Shown: in pieces, positions 32,806 to 46,429 of the stretch
How the letters are laid out: each line of letters begins with the position of its first letter
Position numbering within the stretch: position 1 is the first letter of the stretch
Source of the DNA: Octopus bimaculoides
Taxonomy: Eukaryota
Length of the DNA stretch: 64,000 nt
Assembly: GCF_001194135.2 (NCBI RefSeq)
Contig: NC_069001.1
Span: forward strand, 20,409,038-20,473,037
Direction of reading: 5' to 3'
Notes under the pieces: model-generated
What the model was told of the DNA's origin: nothing
What the model saw: only the letters and a program-made list of their open reading frames with translations
Databases searched by the model: none
Translations under genes and position numbers: made by a program

Positions 32806-35800
32806 AAGTATGGGGGATAATAATAATAATAATAATGGAACACCCCTCCCACATGACAAGTGGTATGTGCTAGTCATTACAAAGACAGTGATGTAGGAAG
32901 TTGAGTGATTGAGAAGTCGGCGAAGTCAGACATAAGTAGTCATGTCTTGCTTGTCTAACTAACTATACTGCTCTACCGGAGTGAATGTTACAACAATCTG
33001 ACGTTAGATTACAACAGTGGCGATGAGGAATTAACAAACTCACAAGGATTAAACAAACTCATACAAAGTTATGAAACTCACAAAAGTTTTTTGTGCAAAT
33101 TTTAAAATATACAAAATCATAAAACTATGCAAGAATTGTTAGCCAGTTTGCTTGAGTTGCAAAAACAGCAACAACAATTGCTATATCAGCAACAACAACT
33201 GCAAGAACAACAACAGTAATTACAGCAACAACAACAATGATTACTATTACAGCAACAAATGTTGCAATTAATGAATAGTAAGTTGTCTAAAAATGCTGAA
33301 AAGATGTTCTTGCCAAATTATGTTGCAAACTCAATAACGGAATTTAAGTATGAACCAGACGAAGGAGTTACCTTTGAGGCATACTATAGAAGATACAAAT
33401 AGATCCTCAATAGAGAGTGCAAAGATTGGGACAAGGATATGAAAATACATCTAGTCCTAAGAGGACTGGCAGCAAGAGAACATGCGCATTATAGCATTTA
33501 CATACTCCCGAAAACACCTTCTGACATAAACTTTAAAAATACAATAGACATATTGTGTAAAATTTTTAGCAGAAAAAGCTTGTTGTTCAATACAAGCTGG
33601 AAATGTTTGAACCTAGAAAAGAACAATGAGGAGGACTACATCACATATACTGGTAGAGTTAACAGAGAATGCAAAAAGTTCAAACTGGAGAAGTTAACAC
33701 CAGACATGTTCAAGTGCCTGATATTTACTCAGGGGCTAACTGCAGAAAAAGATGCAGAAGTAAGAACAAGAATCCTCGCTAAACTGGAACAAAACCAAAC
33801 AGAAACTTTACAACAAGTTTCAGAAGAGTGTGAAAGAATAGTAAATAAAAGGCATGACTCAGAAAAAACTGAACATAAAGATTGCTCCCAAATGAAACAA
33901 GTGCGAAACAAGGCAGAATAGAAATCAAGTGTATACTAAAATACAGTACAAACAGGACAAAAATCAGGAAACAAACTCATGTTTTGCATGTAGCGGTCTA
34001 CATCTGAGAAAAAACTGCCCATTTAAGAAAGTGGAATGTTTCTATTGTGGAAAACTAAGATGGTAAAACCACTGTAAAACCAAGATGACAAAAGATTGGA
34101 ACAAAGAAAAATAGAGTAAACAAGACGTTGTCAAAAGAAAATGGTAATGTGATAAAGAAGGAATTTGTAAATGTGAAAATTGAAAATATAAGAGTAAAAA
34201 TACTGTTAGACACTGGAAGTGATATTACCATTTTGAATGAAGAAACTTGGAAGTATATCAGTAAGCTAAAATTAAGTAAATCTACAAAAGTAGCACATAG
34301 TGTTACATGTAAAAGATTGTATTTTGTATGTGAATTTGTGTGTAATGTAACATTTCATGACCAAATGAAAATGGCAAAAGTATATGTGTTAAAAAATTCA
34401 GTAAATTTGTTTGGCACAGAGTGAATGAAGCTGTTCAAGTTGTGGAATAGGCCCATAAGTGTTTTGTGTGGGAATATAGTCAGTCCAGTCGTAGGCTGAG
34501 GGATTGAAACAAGAAATAAAAGATTTATTCTCGGATGAAGTGGACTACTACATGAAAATGAAGGCAAAAATTGTAGTGCAACACCTGTATTTAAGCCAAG
34601 AACAGGTAAATAAGGGACTTGAAAGACTTGAAAGCCTAGGAATAATTGAGAAGATGGACCACTCAGACTGGGCAGCATCTGTGGTTTACATAAAAAAGAA
34701 AAATAAGTTATGAGTTTGTGCAGATTTTTCAACAGGTTTAAATGATTGCTTAAACTCACATAATTACCCATTGCTGAGTCCTGAGGAAGTGTTTGCATAA
34801 TTGAATGGAGGGAAATTCTTCTCAAAATTAGACCTCTCAGAGGCATACTTATAAATCTAAGTAGATGAAGAATGCTCATATTCATTAGTCATTAATACAT
34901 ACTGTGGCTTATTTAAAATTAAGCAGCTTCCTTTTGGTGTAAAAGTGGCTCCTTCCATATTTCAACAAGTAATGGATATAATGCTGGCAGACTGTGATTT
35001 TGCTATTGCCTATTTAGACAATATTGTAGTAAAAAGCAAATCATGCTAACAACAGGTGGAACATGTAAAAAGGGTATTCGAAAAGATAAGAGAATAAGGC
35101 TTTAAGCTAAGTGAGGAGAAACATAAGTTCTCTCTGAAAAAAAATTAAATACTTGGCCAGATAATAGATAAAAACAGACGGAAACCAGATCCATCCAGAG
35201 CAATTGCGATACAAAATATGCCCACGCCGAATAATGTCACTATGCTACAAGCATTTTTAGAATTATTAGATTACTACTAAATTTATATTCCCAATATACA
35301 CAATGTGAGGGCCCTGCTAAATGATTTGTTAAAGAAAAATGCAATGCAAAATGGTGCTAGACTGATAAGTGCTAGAAGGTATTTGATGAATCAAAACACA
35401 TTTTAACATCAAACTTATTGTTAATGCATTTTGATCCGAAGCTGGATATTATATTGGCTACAGATGCAAGTAATTACAGTGTAGGAGCAGTGCTTCTGCA
35501 CACATATGACGATGGAAGTAAAAAGGCTATAGCCCATTCATCATGATTGTTATTACCAGCAAAAAAGAACTACAGCCAAATAGAAATATAGCAATTATAT
35601 TCGGTGAGAAAAAATTCCATAGATTTATTCATGGAAGAAGTTTCTATCTTCAAAAAGATCATCACCCACTACTGTCAATATACGGTTCTAAAAGAGGAAT
35701 GCCAACACACACAGTTAATAGACTATAGTGATGGGGCACTACATTATTGAATTATGATTTCAAAATGAAATACCATAAATCCTTGAGTATAATCCACATT

Positions 35801-37948
35801 TTTTTCCCAAAATTTAAAGGTCAAAATCCTTAGTGCGTACTATACATGAGGTTAAAAATGAAATATATTTTCTAAGCAATGTCCGAGTATCTATTTGCTG
35901 TCCGCAATGTTTATTCAGACGCATTTTGTGATGTCGGGTGCGAAAATACCTTAAGCTAATACCTTAAGCTATATTTATTTTTCACTGACGTTATTACTGT
36001 TACTTCTTTATATTCTGCAAAGTGCACAAAAGAGCTACACGTTTGCATTATGTTATATATACAATAATAATAAAGGACATTACCGTATATACGTTTACAA
36101 ACCAAGGACGTTATATAGACCTCCATGACTCAACTTAGAGAAGGAGTGCGTATTATACAGAAGGTTTAGATTTTTCAGAGGTACAGCTCCCTAAAAATCC
36201 CCTGCGTATATACTCAAGGGCAGACTATACTCGAGGATTTACGGTATTTACCATCAAAGAAACTAGGGCATGCAGATGGTTTGTCCTGACTGATATTGAA
36301 ACACTGCAAGCCATTCGAAGATATGGTAATTGCAGCATTAAGATCAGAATGTAAAATAAAAAATGTCAAGTGGAATGTGGTACATGAAGTACTGGTGGCC
36401 CTAGACGACATAAAATGAAATGTGGAAAAAGACAAATTTATAACAGAAATGAAAAGAATACTATGGATAGGAAAAAGTAGATAGGACAGGATTGGTGTGA
36501 AATGAAATCAAGACGTAAACCTATACTCAATTTGTGATAGTGTACTGATGTATGCACACAGAGTAATAATACCTGAAACACTGCAAAAGAAAATGTTGGG
36601 GGAATTCCATGTTGGGCATCCTGGTATTTCAAAGATGAAAGCTTTAATGTGTAGGTATGTGTACTGGCCAAAAATGGATAGAGAAATCGAAAATTGAGTG
36701 AAAGGCTGCAGAGGATGTACTTTAGCAGCAAAATTACTGATGATAAAAAGTGAACCTTGGTCAAAAGTAGATGTTCCGTGGTTGAGACTACACATTGATT
36801 TCGCTGGTCCCTTAAACAGTTTATACTATTTAGTGGTAGTAGTTTCTCTAAATGGCCAAAAATTTGTAAGTTTAAAAAAACCAACATCTTCAACAGTGAC
36901 ACATTTTTTACATGAGCTGTTTGCGAGATTTGGTATCCCAGACACTATAGTGTTTGATAATAGAGTGCAATTTGTGTCTTTTGAGTTTAAAAGGTTGTAT
37001 AAAACATTCGCTGTAGAACATGTAGCTACTGTGCCATACCATCCCAGATCTAACAGACAAGCAGAACACTTTGTCGATATGTTCAAGGGATTTGTAGTGT
37101 ATTGTCAACCAAAATTCAAGGGAGCCTGAAGAAAGTCAAATAAGGAAGTCACAGATGAGGTAGCTCTGCAACAAATCCTAAGAGTATACCAAGTGATGCA
37201 AAATCCAAAACACACAGGCAGGTATGTCACCAGCAGATTGATGTTTGCGAGGAAAATAAAATCAGTCTTCAACAAATTGCTACCTGGAGGGAAGAGAAAA
37301 ATTGCAATGGATAATACAGTAAGATATTTCAAAATTGGTGAGAGTGTATTCATTAGGGCATATAAGAAAGGAAAACATAGATAGAAAAATGGCGTGGTTA
37401 CCAAATGCATAGGAAAAATGCTATACTTAGTAAAAGGAAGAAAATGGGTATATAAGAGACACATAAATCAACTAAAAAAATTCATTGGGAGTGAACCCAA
37501 AAGAATTGAAGAATGAATGGAATGGTTATATGATACTTTTCAAGTACCAATGCCACAACAAATAATGAACCCAGATGCACAAGCAAAAGGCAAATAAAAA
37601 GTACGGAGTTTCTGGAAGTGGATGCTAAATGAAAAATATATTAAATTTGTAACTATATGCAAAAAAAAAGGACGTGGGATGACGTAAAAATGATTGTTAA
37701 TAGAGAAAAATAAAATTACATTCCCTAAGAAAAAAAAACTTAAAAGGGGAGATGTTATAGGGATATTAATAATAATGGAACACCTCTTTCACATGACAAG
37801 TGGTATGTGATAGCTATTACAAATACTGTGACATAGGAAGTCAAGAAGTCAGTGAAGACAATCATAGATAGTCATGTCTTACTTGTCTAACTGACTATAT
37901 TGCTATACCAGAGTGGACGTTACAACAGTCCAATATTGGATTACAACA
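32806..37948 (+). mobile_element. Near full-length, decayed Gypsy (Mag-like) LTR retrotransposon D
   Basis: LTRs at about 32806-33016 and 37753-37948, PBS-like tggcgatgagga (33018-33029), PPT aaaaggggaga. Gag (33439-33921), zinc knuckles, protease LLDTGSDITI, RT LPFGVKVAPSIFQ..YLDN, RNase H TDASNYSVGAVL, and integrase GHPGI..LHIDFAGP..PYHPRSN. Many stops and frameshifts. Confidence 0.93.
35773..36244. mobile_element. Tc1/mariner-type (pogo-like) MITE inserted in Gypsy D pol
   Basis: 22-bp TIRs with 3 mismatches (ccataaatccttgagtataatc / gactatactcgaggatttacgg) and a TA duplication. Removing it restores NYDFKMKY|LPSKKLGHADGLS. Confidence 0.88.
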
Positions 37949-38478
37949 ATAACACACTGTCTAAATACCATTCTTGAGAAATTAGACTTCTCAAAACCAG
38001 AAATAAGAAAGTTGATTTAAACACTACAAATTGAAGCTTTCACTGGAACTGTAAAAATCTGTAAAACTTTCCAGAGGTTTATCATTTAAGTATATATGAG
38101 CATGTCTAGACATGTAACTATATGCATGACATACACACATACATACAAAAATACCCTGTTGATGTTGACAAAATTCCAATGAAGCCTTGGATCTAGGTTA
38201 GAAACTGGCTCTTTCTCTATTGGCAAGAAATCTTGAAATAAAACTGAATAGTGACATACATACAAACATACATACTGTGTACATATGTACAATACACATG
38301 TACATATGTACGTATGTATATATATTATTTGACAGATAGCCTTTAAGTGCTTAAGAAGGATAGAGCATCATCAGTTGATGAGTTTTATCTCTCCAGTATT
38401 GAAGATAAGGTATTTTAAGTAGTGCTAGTATAAAGGATGTCAAGATTCCTAGTACTGGATGGACCCAATCTGCCTTAA

Positions 38479-38614
38479 CCCTTTGAGCCCGTAACATTGG
38501 TTTACTGGTGGATGGCTTATTTTTCTCTATACCGTAGCACCGCTCTATACTGTAGCACCCATGGAGTGCCAGGTATATGGTAAAATAAGGTTCAGGAGAT
38601 CAGGACTCAAAGGA
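38479..38614. mobile_element. piggyBac-type MITE (136 bp)
   Basis: TTAA on both sides (38475-38478, 38615-38618), with TIRs ccctttgagccc / ggactcaaagga. Confidence 0.65.
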
Positions 38615-39064
38615 TTAAGCATGCCACATACCCAGATTATATGGAACTCCATTCAACATACTAACATGGAAAGAAACAATCTATGCTCATTTGCCACCTC
38701 TGGCTTAAGCTAATGAATATGGACCAGTTCCCCCATGAACTTGTAACTCAAAGTATTTGATTTTTTGTTTGCATTCTAGGATGTGTAAGGAAAATTCTAA
38801 TAAGATTCCTTGGATAAGTAATCATGGAATTTTCCGCCAAGGAATTTATGACTCCATGCAAGCACTAGAGATAAACATCACTATGTACCATTTCACTACT
38901 CTGTTTTGTGACGACCATAAAGCTGGTATTGAGAGATTCTATAAACCAAAATTGCATGTAAAAAATAAAGCCTTAAGACTTTAAGACTAAGGACTCTTTC
39001 TTTCCTAAGCAGTTGTTGCTATCTATTATATTTCTCATCAATGAACACTTTTAGATTATAATGA

Positions 39065-39280
39065 TACTCTTTACTCTTTTACTCTTTTACTTGTTTCAGT
39101 CATTTGACTGCGACCATGCTGGAGCACCACCTTTAGTCGAGCAAATCGACCCCAGGACTTATTCTTTGTAAGCCTAGTACTTATTCTGTCAGTTTCTTTT
39201 GCCGAGCCGCTAAGTTATGGGGACGTAAACACACCAGCATCGGTTGTCAAGCGATATTGGGGGGACAAACACAAACACAA

Positions 39281-39321
<41 letters not shown>

Positions 39322-39392
39322 CACATATATACGACGGGCTTCTTTCAGTTTCCGTCTACCAAATCCACTCACAAGGCTTTGGTCGGCCCGAC
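39065..39392 (-). mobile_element. SINE family A, lacking its head
   Basis: Near-identical to 21373-21690. Confidence 0.88.
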
Positions 39393-39394
39393 AA

Positions 39395-39660
39395 GACACT
39401 TGTCTACTCCTAACTTCCTTTGAGACCATCAGATAACAGAGTAAGGGATTCTGTCAAAAGCTTTCTCCAAGTACAATGGTTGACTTTTGGTTAGGTACTT
39501 CTGCATCTGTCTCACTAGGAAGATGGTATCTATGGTACTCTTGCCAAACACAAAACCAAACTGCATCTCATCTAGTTTAATTCTATTCCTAATCAATTGA
39601 ACTATTACTCTCTCCATAACATTCATGACCTGGTTCAGCAGTTAAATACCTTTGTAGTTG
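39395..39660 (-). mobile_element. RTE-type RT fragment
   Basis: EMQFGFVFGKSTIDTIFLVRQMQ..LEKAFDRIP (ORF 39429-39626). Confidence 0.8.
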
Positions 39661-40302
39661 TTTCTATCTAAGGCATCACTTTGTAGCAACTAACTATAAT
39701 ACTACTGCACTAGTCATTGTGGATGACGTAATACCCTTCACTAATATTTGGAGAAATGGACAAATGAATTTATACCAACTTATTTCTTTCTCTTTTGTTG
39801 TAACCAAAAACAGATCAAACTAAATGACTTGTCCAAGACAACTGCAATTAATATAACATTTACATTCTTTCATAAATGAGAATTAAGTTAAGGATGACAA
39901 ATATGATAAGAATAATGATAATAAAATGACTATGATTGCAATATGATAAAGATAATAATAATAATTTTTCATCATGTTGGTTCAGTATCACAAATTTGTT
40001 TATGAGAGCGATCTGGAGGGATGAAAAGCAAAACAGACACTAGTGAAATTTGAACTCAGAAAAACCATGTAATTTTGTCCTCAGTGATTTATGTTGCTTT
40101 ACTTTTAATACAGATAATGACATTAAAAACAAAGACAGCAAATAGAATGATGCTGGTGACAGTAACCATAACTACAGATGATGATGATGACAATGACTAT
40201 AATCTTATGTTTGATTAAAAACTAAATATTGATTTTCTTCTATGATTTTCATATTACCATGAATTGTCTTGAAACTCTTACTTTGTTTTTTTGCTATTCT
40301 AG

Positions 40303-40413
40303 ATAACTGTGATGACCATTGGGTATGGTGATAAAGTGCCACAAACTTGGCTTGGTAAAATAGTTGCATCCTGCTTTGCTGTTTTTGCAATATCATTCTT
40401 TGCCTTACCAGCC
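40303..40413 (+). CDS. KCNQ1: KCNQ1 exon equivalent to human exon 7 (selectivity filter and S6)
   Basis: ttctag acceptor, GTAAGT donor, 111 nt. Reads [37 protein letters not shown]. Confidence 0.98.
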
Positions 40414-42043
40414 GTAAGTTTCATATTGCTTATTTGTATATAACCCTGTATCAAATTTAGAGAATGACTGGTTGTACATATTTGCATATTACTTGTTGTT
40501 GGTATAAAAATTTAAACATTCTATACTGTTTTGATTAATTCCATCTCAAATCTCTTCAGCTTTCCTAATAAAATATAGTCTCAAACATAAAAATGTTGAT
40601 TTCCAGCATGGTTATAAAGCCATATATTTTAGTAGCAGGAACAGTTTCTTATATCGATACCCCACCACCTCCACCAATAATCGACTAGTACTTGTTTTTC
40701 TAACCTCAAATGGACGAAAAACAATCTACTTGATAAGATTTGAACTCAAGTTTTGAAGTGATGTAACTATATATCATAAGGCATTTTGTCCAACGGAATT
40801 ATTAATATAGAAAGATGGAATTATTATCCTGATAATACTTCTTGTAGTTTTCATTTAGACTCTCTGTATAAAGAAAACATCATTATATCTTCTGCGTTCT
40901 GTATAAATGTCACACCTGTGTTTGAGCATAACACTTTTAGTCTTTAAGGATAGTTACGTCATTGAATGTGACACAGTGTATTTCTTACGATTGCTTATAA
41001 CAAAATAGCAGCAGCATCAGTAGCATTGGTTGTAATTGTAGCATCAGTGACTACGTAGCAGTCCAACCATATTGCATTTCCTCTACTGTCTGTGGGTTTA
41101 TGATACATGTAGTTTGAATATAAATGCTGATCTTTTAGTTTTATTTTGATTGGTATACCTTCATATTTTCAAAACCAGTGGAGTTTCAAAACCTGTACAT
41201 AGCTGGACTGATGCCATACAGAATTTTGTTTCATCTCTTTCACTCTAGGTTCAAAAACTTCCCACTCATCTGTGCTTAGTAAAATGAATCCAAGCTATTG
41301 ATTTGTCTTCCTTGTATCGATAAGGTCAATATGAGTTGTTGCCCTTGACTTTTGTTGTGCGCTGTTTGAGATAAAAGGGCTTTATGGTGATAAATGTTAT
41401 TTCTAGCCTAGCTTTCTTTGGCACACTTGGATTCAATGATAGATTTTAGTTGCTGATTTTGTCTAATATAGAATCATACACGAAATGGACTCTAGAATTC
41501 TGCTCAATTTACTCTAATTTGCCAAGAACAAAATTATGTCCTTGCTGCCTTCTTATCATCGCTTCACAATATATGTGAATGTTTACACGACTTATCACTC
41601 GCTGATGTTGGTACAGACATTGAATTCAAACTTAATTCAGATAAACTTTTTTAAAACATATCTTCGCGAGAAGAATACGAGAGTTTTTTTTTTTTTAATT
41701 TATTCTTACACAAAACTTTCAGGTACAAATTTGGAAAACTTTCTTAGCAAGACTTCCGCCCGTCNNNNNNNNNNNNNNNNNNNNNNNNNNNNNNNNNNNN
41801 NNNNNNNNNNNNNNNNCCCGTTAAACATTTTTTTTTTTTCTTTTTTCGACACAACCCCTCCCCACATCTCTTTTCGGCTACGGGGAATACAAATCTGCAA
41901 AAAAATACAGAGATTATGATTCTGAAAAAAATTTCCAAACATTTTTGTAAAATTTTTTTTAAAGAATTTTTTCTTTCTAAATATGTCAAAAAATACGGAC
42001 ATTATGATTCGGACAAAAATTTCAAAACATTTCTGTAGTTACG

Positions 42044-42113
42044 GTTAGGGTTAGAGTTAGGGTTAGGGTTTTAAGGTTTTAGGTTTCGGATTATGGTTTT
42101 AGGGTTAGGGTTA
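42044..42113 (+). repeat. Short interstitial TTAGGG-like tract
   Basis: ggttagggttagagttagggttagggtt...ttagggttagggtt, located in noisy sequence near a gap. Confidence 0.55.
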
Positions 42114-42599
42114 ATGTTGGGGAAAAAAGTCAAAATTGAAGAATTGTTGGGGAAAGGGGGCGAATTTAACAATGCCGATTTTTGTCAATTTTCCAGAACC
42201 TCCGTATCCGAAAACGGGGTTCTGGCAAAAAGATTTTTTTAAATAAACAAATTTGGAAGAAAATGAGGGTGGAGACGTGTGGAAGTCTTTCCACTTTTTT
42301 TTATCCAATATTAATTTTTTTAATAAAATAACCATCACATTTCGAAATTACTTTATCGAAAGGTGTTCAAGACTTTTTGTACCTTAAAACTTTTTTCAGA
42401 AGGAAAGCTGTCATATACCACATGCTCTCATCTAACTTATGAATGCATGAAAGACACTCTCGAGACATTGTAAACTTTAATTGTTGCATATCTTATAGAG
42501 GAAAAGGAGGTACATAATTTTATAAAGTGGAAACGGCTAGTCTTATTGTAGTTAGTTGGTAAAATCCCATGATCAATGATGGTAAAAACCATGAAATCT

Positions 42600-42962
42600 G
42601 TTTTTATCTGTTATCTTTGATTTATTTCAGTCATTGGAGTGCAGCCATACTGGGGCACCATCTTGAAGTGTTTAATCAAACAAATCGACCCAGTATATAT
42701 TTTAAAAATCCTGGTACTTATTCAGTCTCTTCAAGTTATGGAGGTGTAAATAAACCAACACCAGTTGTCAAGCAGTAATGGGGATAAACACACACACACA
42801 CACATACACACATGCATTACAGGCTTCTCTCAGATTCTGTCTATCAAATCCACTCACAAGGCTTTATTCAGCTCAAAGCTATAGTAGAAGACACTTCAAG
42901 CTGCTATGCAGTGGGATTGAATCTGGAACCGTGTGGTTGAGAAGCCAACTTCTTACCACCCC
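42600..42962 (-). mobile_element. SINE family A, older diverged copy
   Basis: Colinear with 21373-21788 (tttcagtcattggagtgcagcc...caaatccactcacaagg...cttcttaccac). Confidence 0.75.
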
Positions 42963-43649
42963 TATAATATTTTAAGTCCACTAAGCATTTTGCCAGAGAC
43001 TGTAATACAAAACAAGTTAATACTATCAAGGACTATGATAAGATATATATATATATATAACTCAATGTTATAGTGAAACACTATTTAAAGATATTCTGAT
43101 CAATGGCTCTGATAGACAAGTGTCTATTCTTGTGAAAGATCTTTTCTATTTGGCTTCACTTTTTGAAATTTTGAAATTAAGTGAAAATTTTTATATTTGG
43201 TATATTGATGTAATTTTTCACACTGAATTTGATGTTGCTATTTACTTGTGCCAGAAAAATTTTTGTAAAACGTTATAAATGTTTGATAATTTTTTACCCA
43301 ATCAGAAAACAAAATTTAGAAGCTGGCATTTTGTGCGTGCTCTTTTTGATCATTGGTCTCCCTGATGAACTGCATCCTCCTTGATTTTCAATTTCTCCAT
43401 CATATACAAAATGTTACACAAGTTGGCAACAGATGAGTAACCAAACTAAACAACATCTTGGCTTATTACTATGGAAACAGGCACCAATATTTCTGTGGCT
43501 TTTGATTGGCTAAAATTACCCCAAATTTGCAAACTTTGAATGCTATTAACTTTTTATATATTAATTTAAGGTAAAAATCAATTTAATTTCCATAATTAGC
43601 ATACAAAACTACAATAATACACCAAATTTGAAATTAATTGGACCAAAAT

Positions 43650-45650
43650 TAAAGAAATTGAAAAGTGAAATACCAAAAGAAAAGATTCTTTGATAGTTGG
43701 TATGGCAATGTTCAACTCTGTCTGTTCTTGTTTAATTGCTAGTGAACTTTCTTTCATATCTATGGCTACATTGAGTGATAAGAATAGAGACTTAGATAAC
43801 AGTAGCAAATCTAATAGACGTTTCTAGAAGAGTGATGGTGAAGTTGAGTAAAATGGTTAAATTTTCAGTTACTGTAGGTGTCAGAGCTAATATTGAAACT
43901 CATATTGTGGAAACTGATGATTTCACATTTTGTAGAAATGAACTGTTTAGACCTTAGAGCTATGAACACTGATAGAATGTTGTTGAACTTTAAAAGTGAT
44001 TGTGTTTGGATTTGGCATGAGCCTGTAAAATTGAAAACCAGATTATATGATTTTCTAGAGTGTTGGGCAGAGATGTTAATTTGTATTAATTAGGCATAGA
44101 GCATTTTATGGAATGCATCCATGTCAAATGATGAAGCTGTAGTGAATAAAGTGTATGAAGGTACATCTAATAAGAAAAGTGAGGTTCTGGATCAGGAAGA
44201 TGTTTGGGAGATTGAAGAAGTTATTGTTATTTGTTTAAAAAAAACAAGACTGAAAAAGCAGACAGAAATAAATATAATGGAATATAATAGATGTGGAAAA
44301 AAAAAAACTATAATTACACAATAGAAGTCAAAAGTAAAATACAGTCATTGTCTGAATAACAGAAGAAAATGAAGATTTTATCTGTATTAACTGGAATCAC
44401 ATTCATTAATGAAGGGGTAACTTAGGAAACTGTTAAATTTGATGAGCTTGCACATGTATTCCCACTCACTGCAGGAAGAAGAAAGAATTGATACTGAGAA
44501 TAAAGAAATACAAGATACAAAGGATCATATGTGTGACCTATGTAAATCAGAAAACTTTATCAAAAAGTGGGATGATTACTGAAAAACACAAAGATGATAA
44601 AAAGGTTATGAAGCCTCATCTTGTTGTACTTGGTTGTAAAGACGATTCAAGTATTCTAAAAACAGTCTGTAACATGCTTTCAGAAGAGCTGTGCAGTTAT
44701 GAATTGGCAATTGCAGACTTTTTGATTCCTCTCTACCATTATTGAAGAGGGAGATGTCCTTTAAGTTACCTTCTGGTGTATGTCCATAGTTGCAAGTGTA
44801 GAAGCTAAGAAGATGCATCTATGGGTTGAATGATTCACCTTTGTCATAGTACAACAAGAACAAGTGATAGTTGTTCTATGATGTATGTGAATGATTTTGC
44901 CTTTTGTGGAAATGAACTGTTTGAGAAAGATATGATTACAGAAATGAAAAAGGCATTTAATAAGAGTGGTACAGTGAATATTTAGGATTTGAAGTTAATC
45001 AGTGCAAGATTGGAGTTACTGTGCATCATCCATATCTCCTATATAAATAAAGAAAGGAAGGTTGCTAAAGAAGAACAATGAATTAAATGAAGAAGAGAAA
45101 TCTGAATGCAAAAGACTTGTAAGTCAAATAATGTTGGCAGACTTATGCAGAAGTGTAATTTGATGTTTGTAGAATGGGCCATTCTTGGGCACTTCCAAAT
45201 AAAATATAGATGATATTTAAAGGTAATAAAGCATTATCTAAGCTTAAATTTAAGAAAGGTTGTATATTGTGAACAACATTAGGAAATCCATCAGGTTAGA
45301 ATATTGTTTGCTATTCTGATGCCACATATACCAATCTGGATGATGATGAATCACAGAATGGACTTATATTTGTTGGTGATTTTATGAACAAGATGTCTCC
45401 AATATATTTGTTATAAAAGAAAAGGATTATGTAATGAAGACCCATTAGCTTTGATGACTCTTGTACAGTGAAGAGGCTGATGCTAGTGTTTTAGAAGCTG
45501 CCAGATTGCCAAAAGTGCTCTCCAAAACTAACAACTCATTATTTAAACTTTTAATTCAGTTGTAGCAAGAATAAAAGAAATAATGATTAACAAGGAAGGT
45601 AAAATAGAATAGATTAGAGATCATGAGTAGTTCTTAAATTTTGAGAGATA
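43650..45650 (+). mobile_element. Copia LTR retrotransposon pol remnant, highly decayed
   Basis: V*KLRRCIYGLNDSP (about 44790-44840), MYVNDFAFCGN (a YVDD-like motif), and RNase-H-like YSDATYTNLDD..SQNG (about 45310-45370). Confidence 0.65.
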
Positions 45651-46429
45651 TACTAAACAAATGACTAGTGTTTTTTTTTTTTATGTATATAACATCACTT
45701 TGAGCAGCATTTTTGAGAAATGAAAATTCAGACATTGGAATTTTAGAGATTTCCAGTTTGTTGGCATTATCATGTCTATGGAACTCTGTTTGAACTGTTG
45801 CATGATGTTTTGCTGAAACCAGACATTGGGACTTAAAACCTTGAGAGAGGAAATCAGTAATGTTGGTACTGGATTGTTTTTCTCGCATCAGTTAGCAAAG
45901 CCAACATGAGTAGTTGCTTTGATGTAAGTTAGAGAGTCTTAAAGAAAGATGGTATCTGTAATAATTGTGTAATTATGATAATGATATGTATAGTGTGTAT
46001 ATATATAATAAATGAAAAAAATGTATGGTTAATAAACAAACAACTGAGTGTACAACTGGACAGAAGACAGACACAGAAGGTCCCTAATTCTTCATCAGTT
46101 ATCAACCAATTGGTAATACTCACTTTTGCACTGTTAATGATAAGACTGAGAACTTTCCATATTGGTGGTGCCCACAAAAATTTGTGGAGATATAGGGCCA
46201 AGAGCAAACAAAACAAAACAATGCAAAGTGGACACATGAAAGTAAATGAATTTGATTTAAGATGATGGACAATGACGAAATAAATAAGGAACAAGCAAAA
46301 TACAGCCTTAGGGCCAAAAATGACAAGAATAGTGGGTAATGCTTAGTAGACATCCTAAAGGATAGAAAGCAGTGAGGCAGAGAATTTGTGACAGGTCAGC
46401 TATGGGACCAGTGTGAGAAAGGTTACAGG

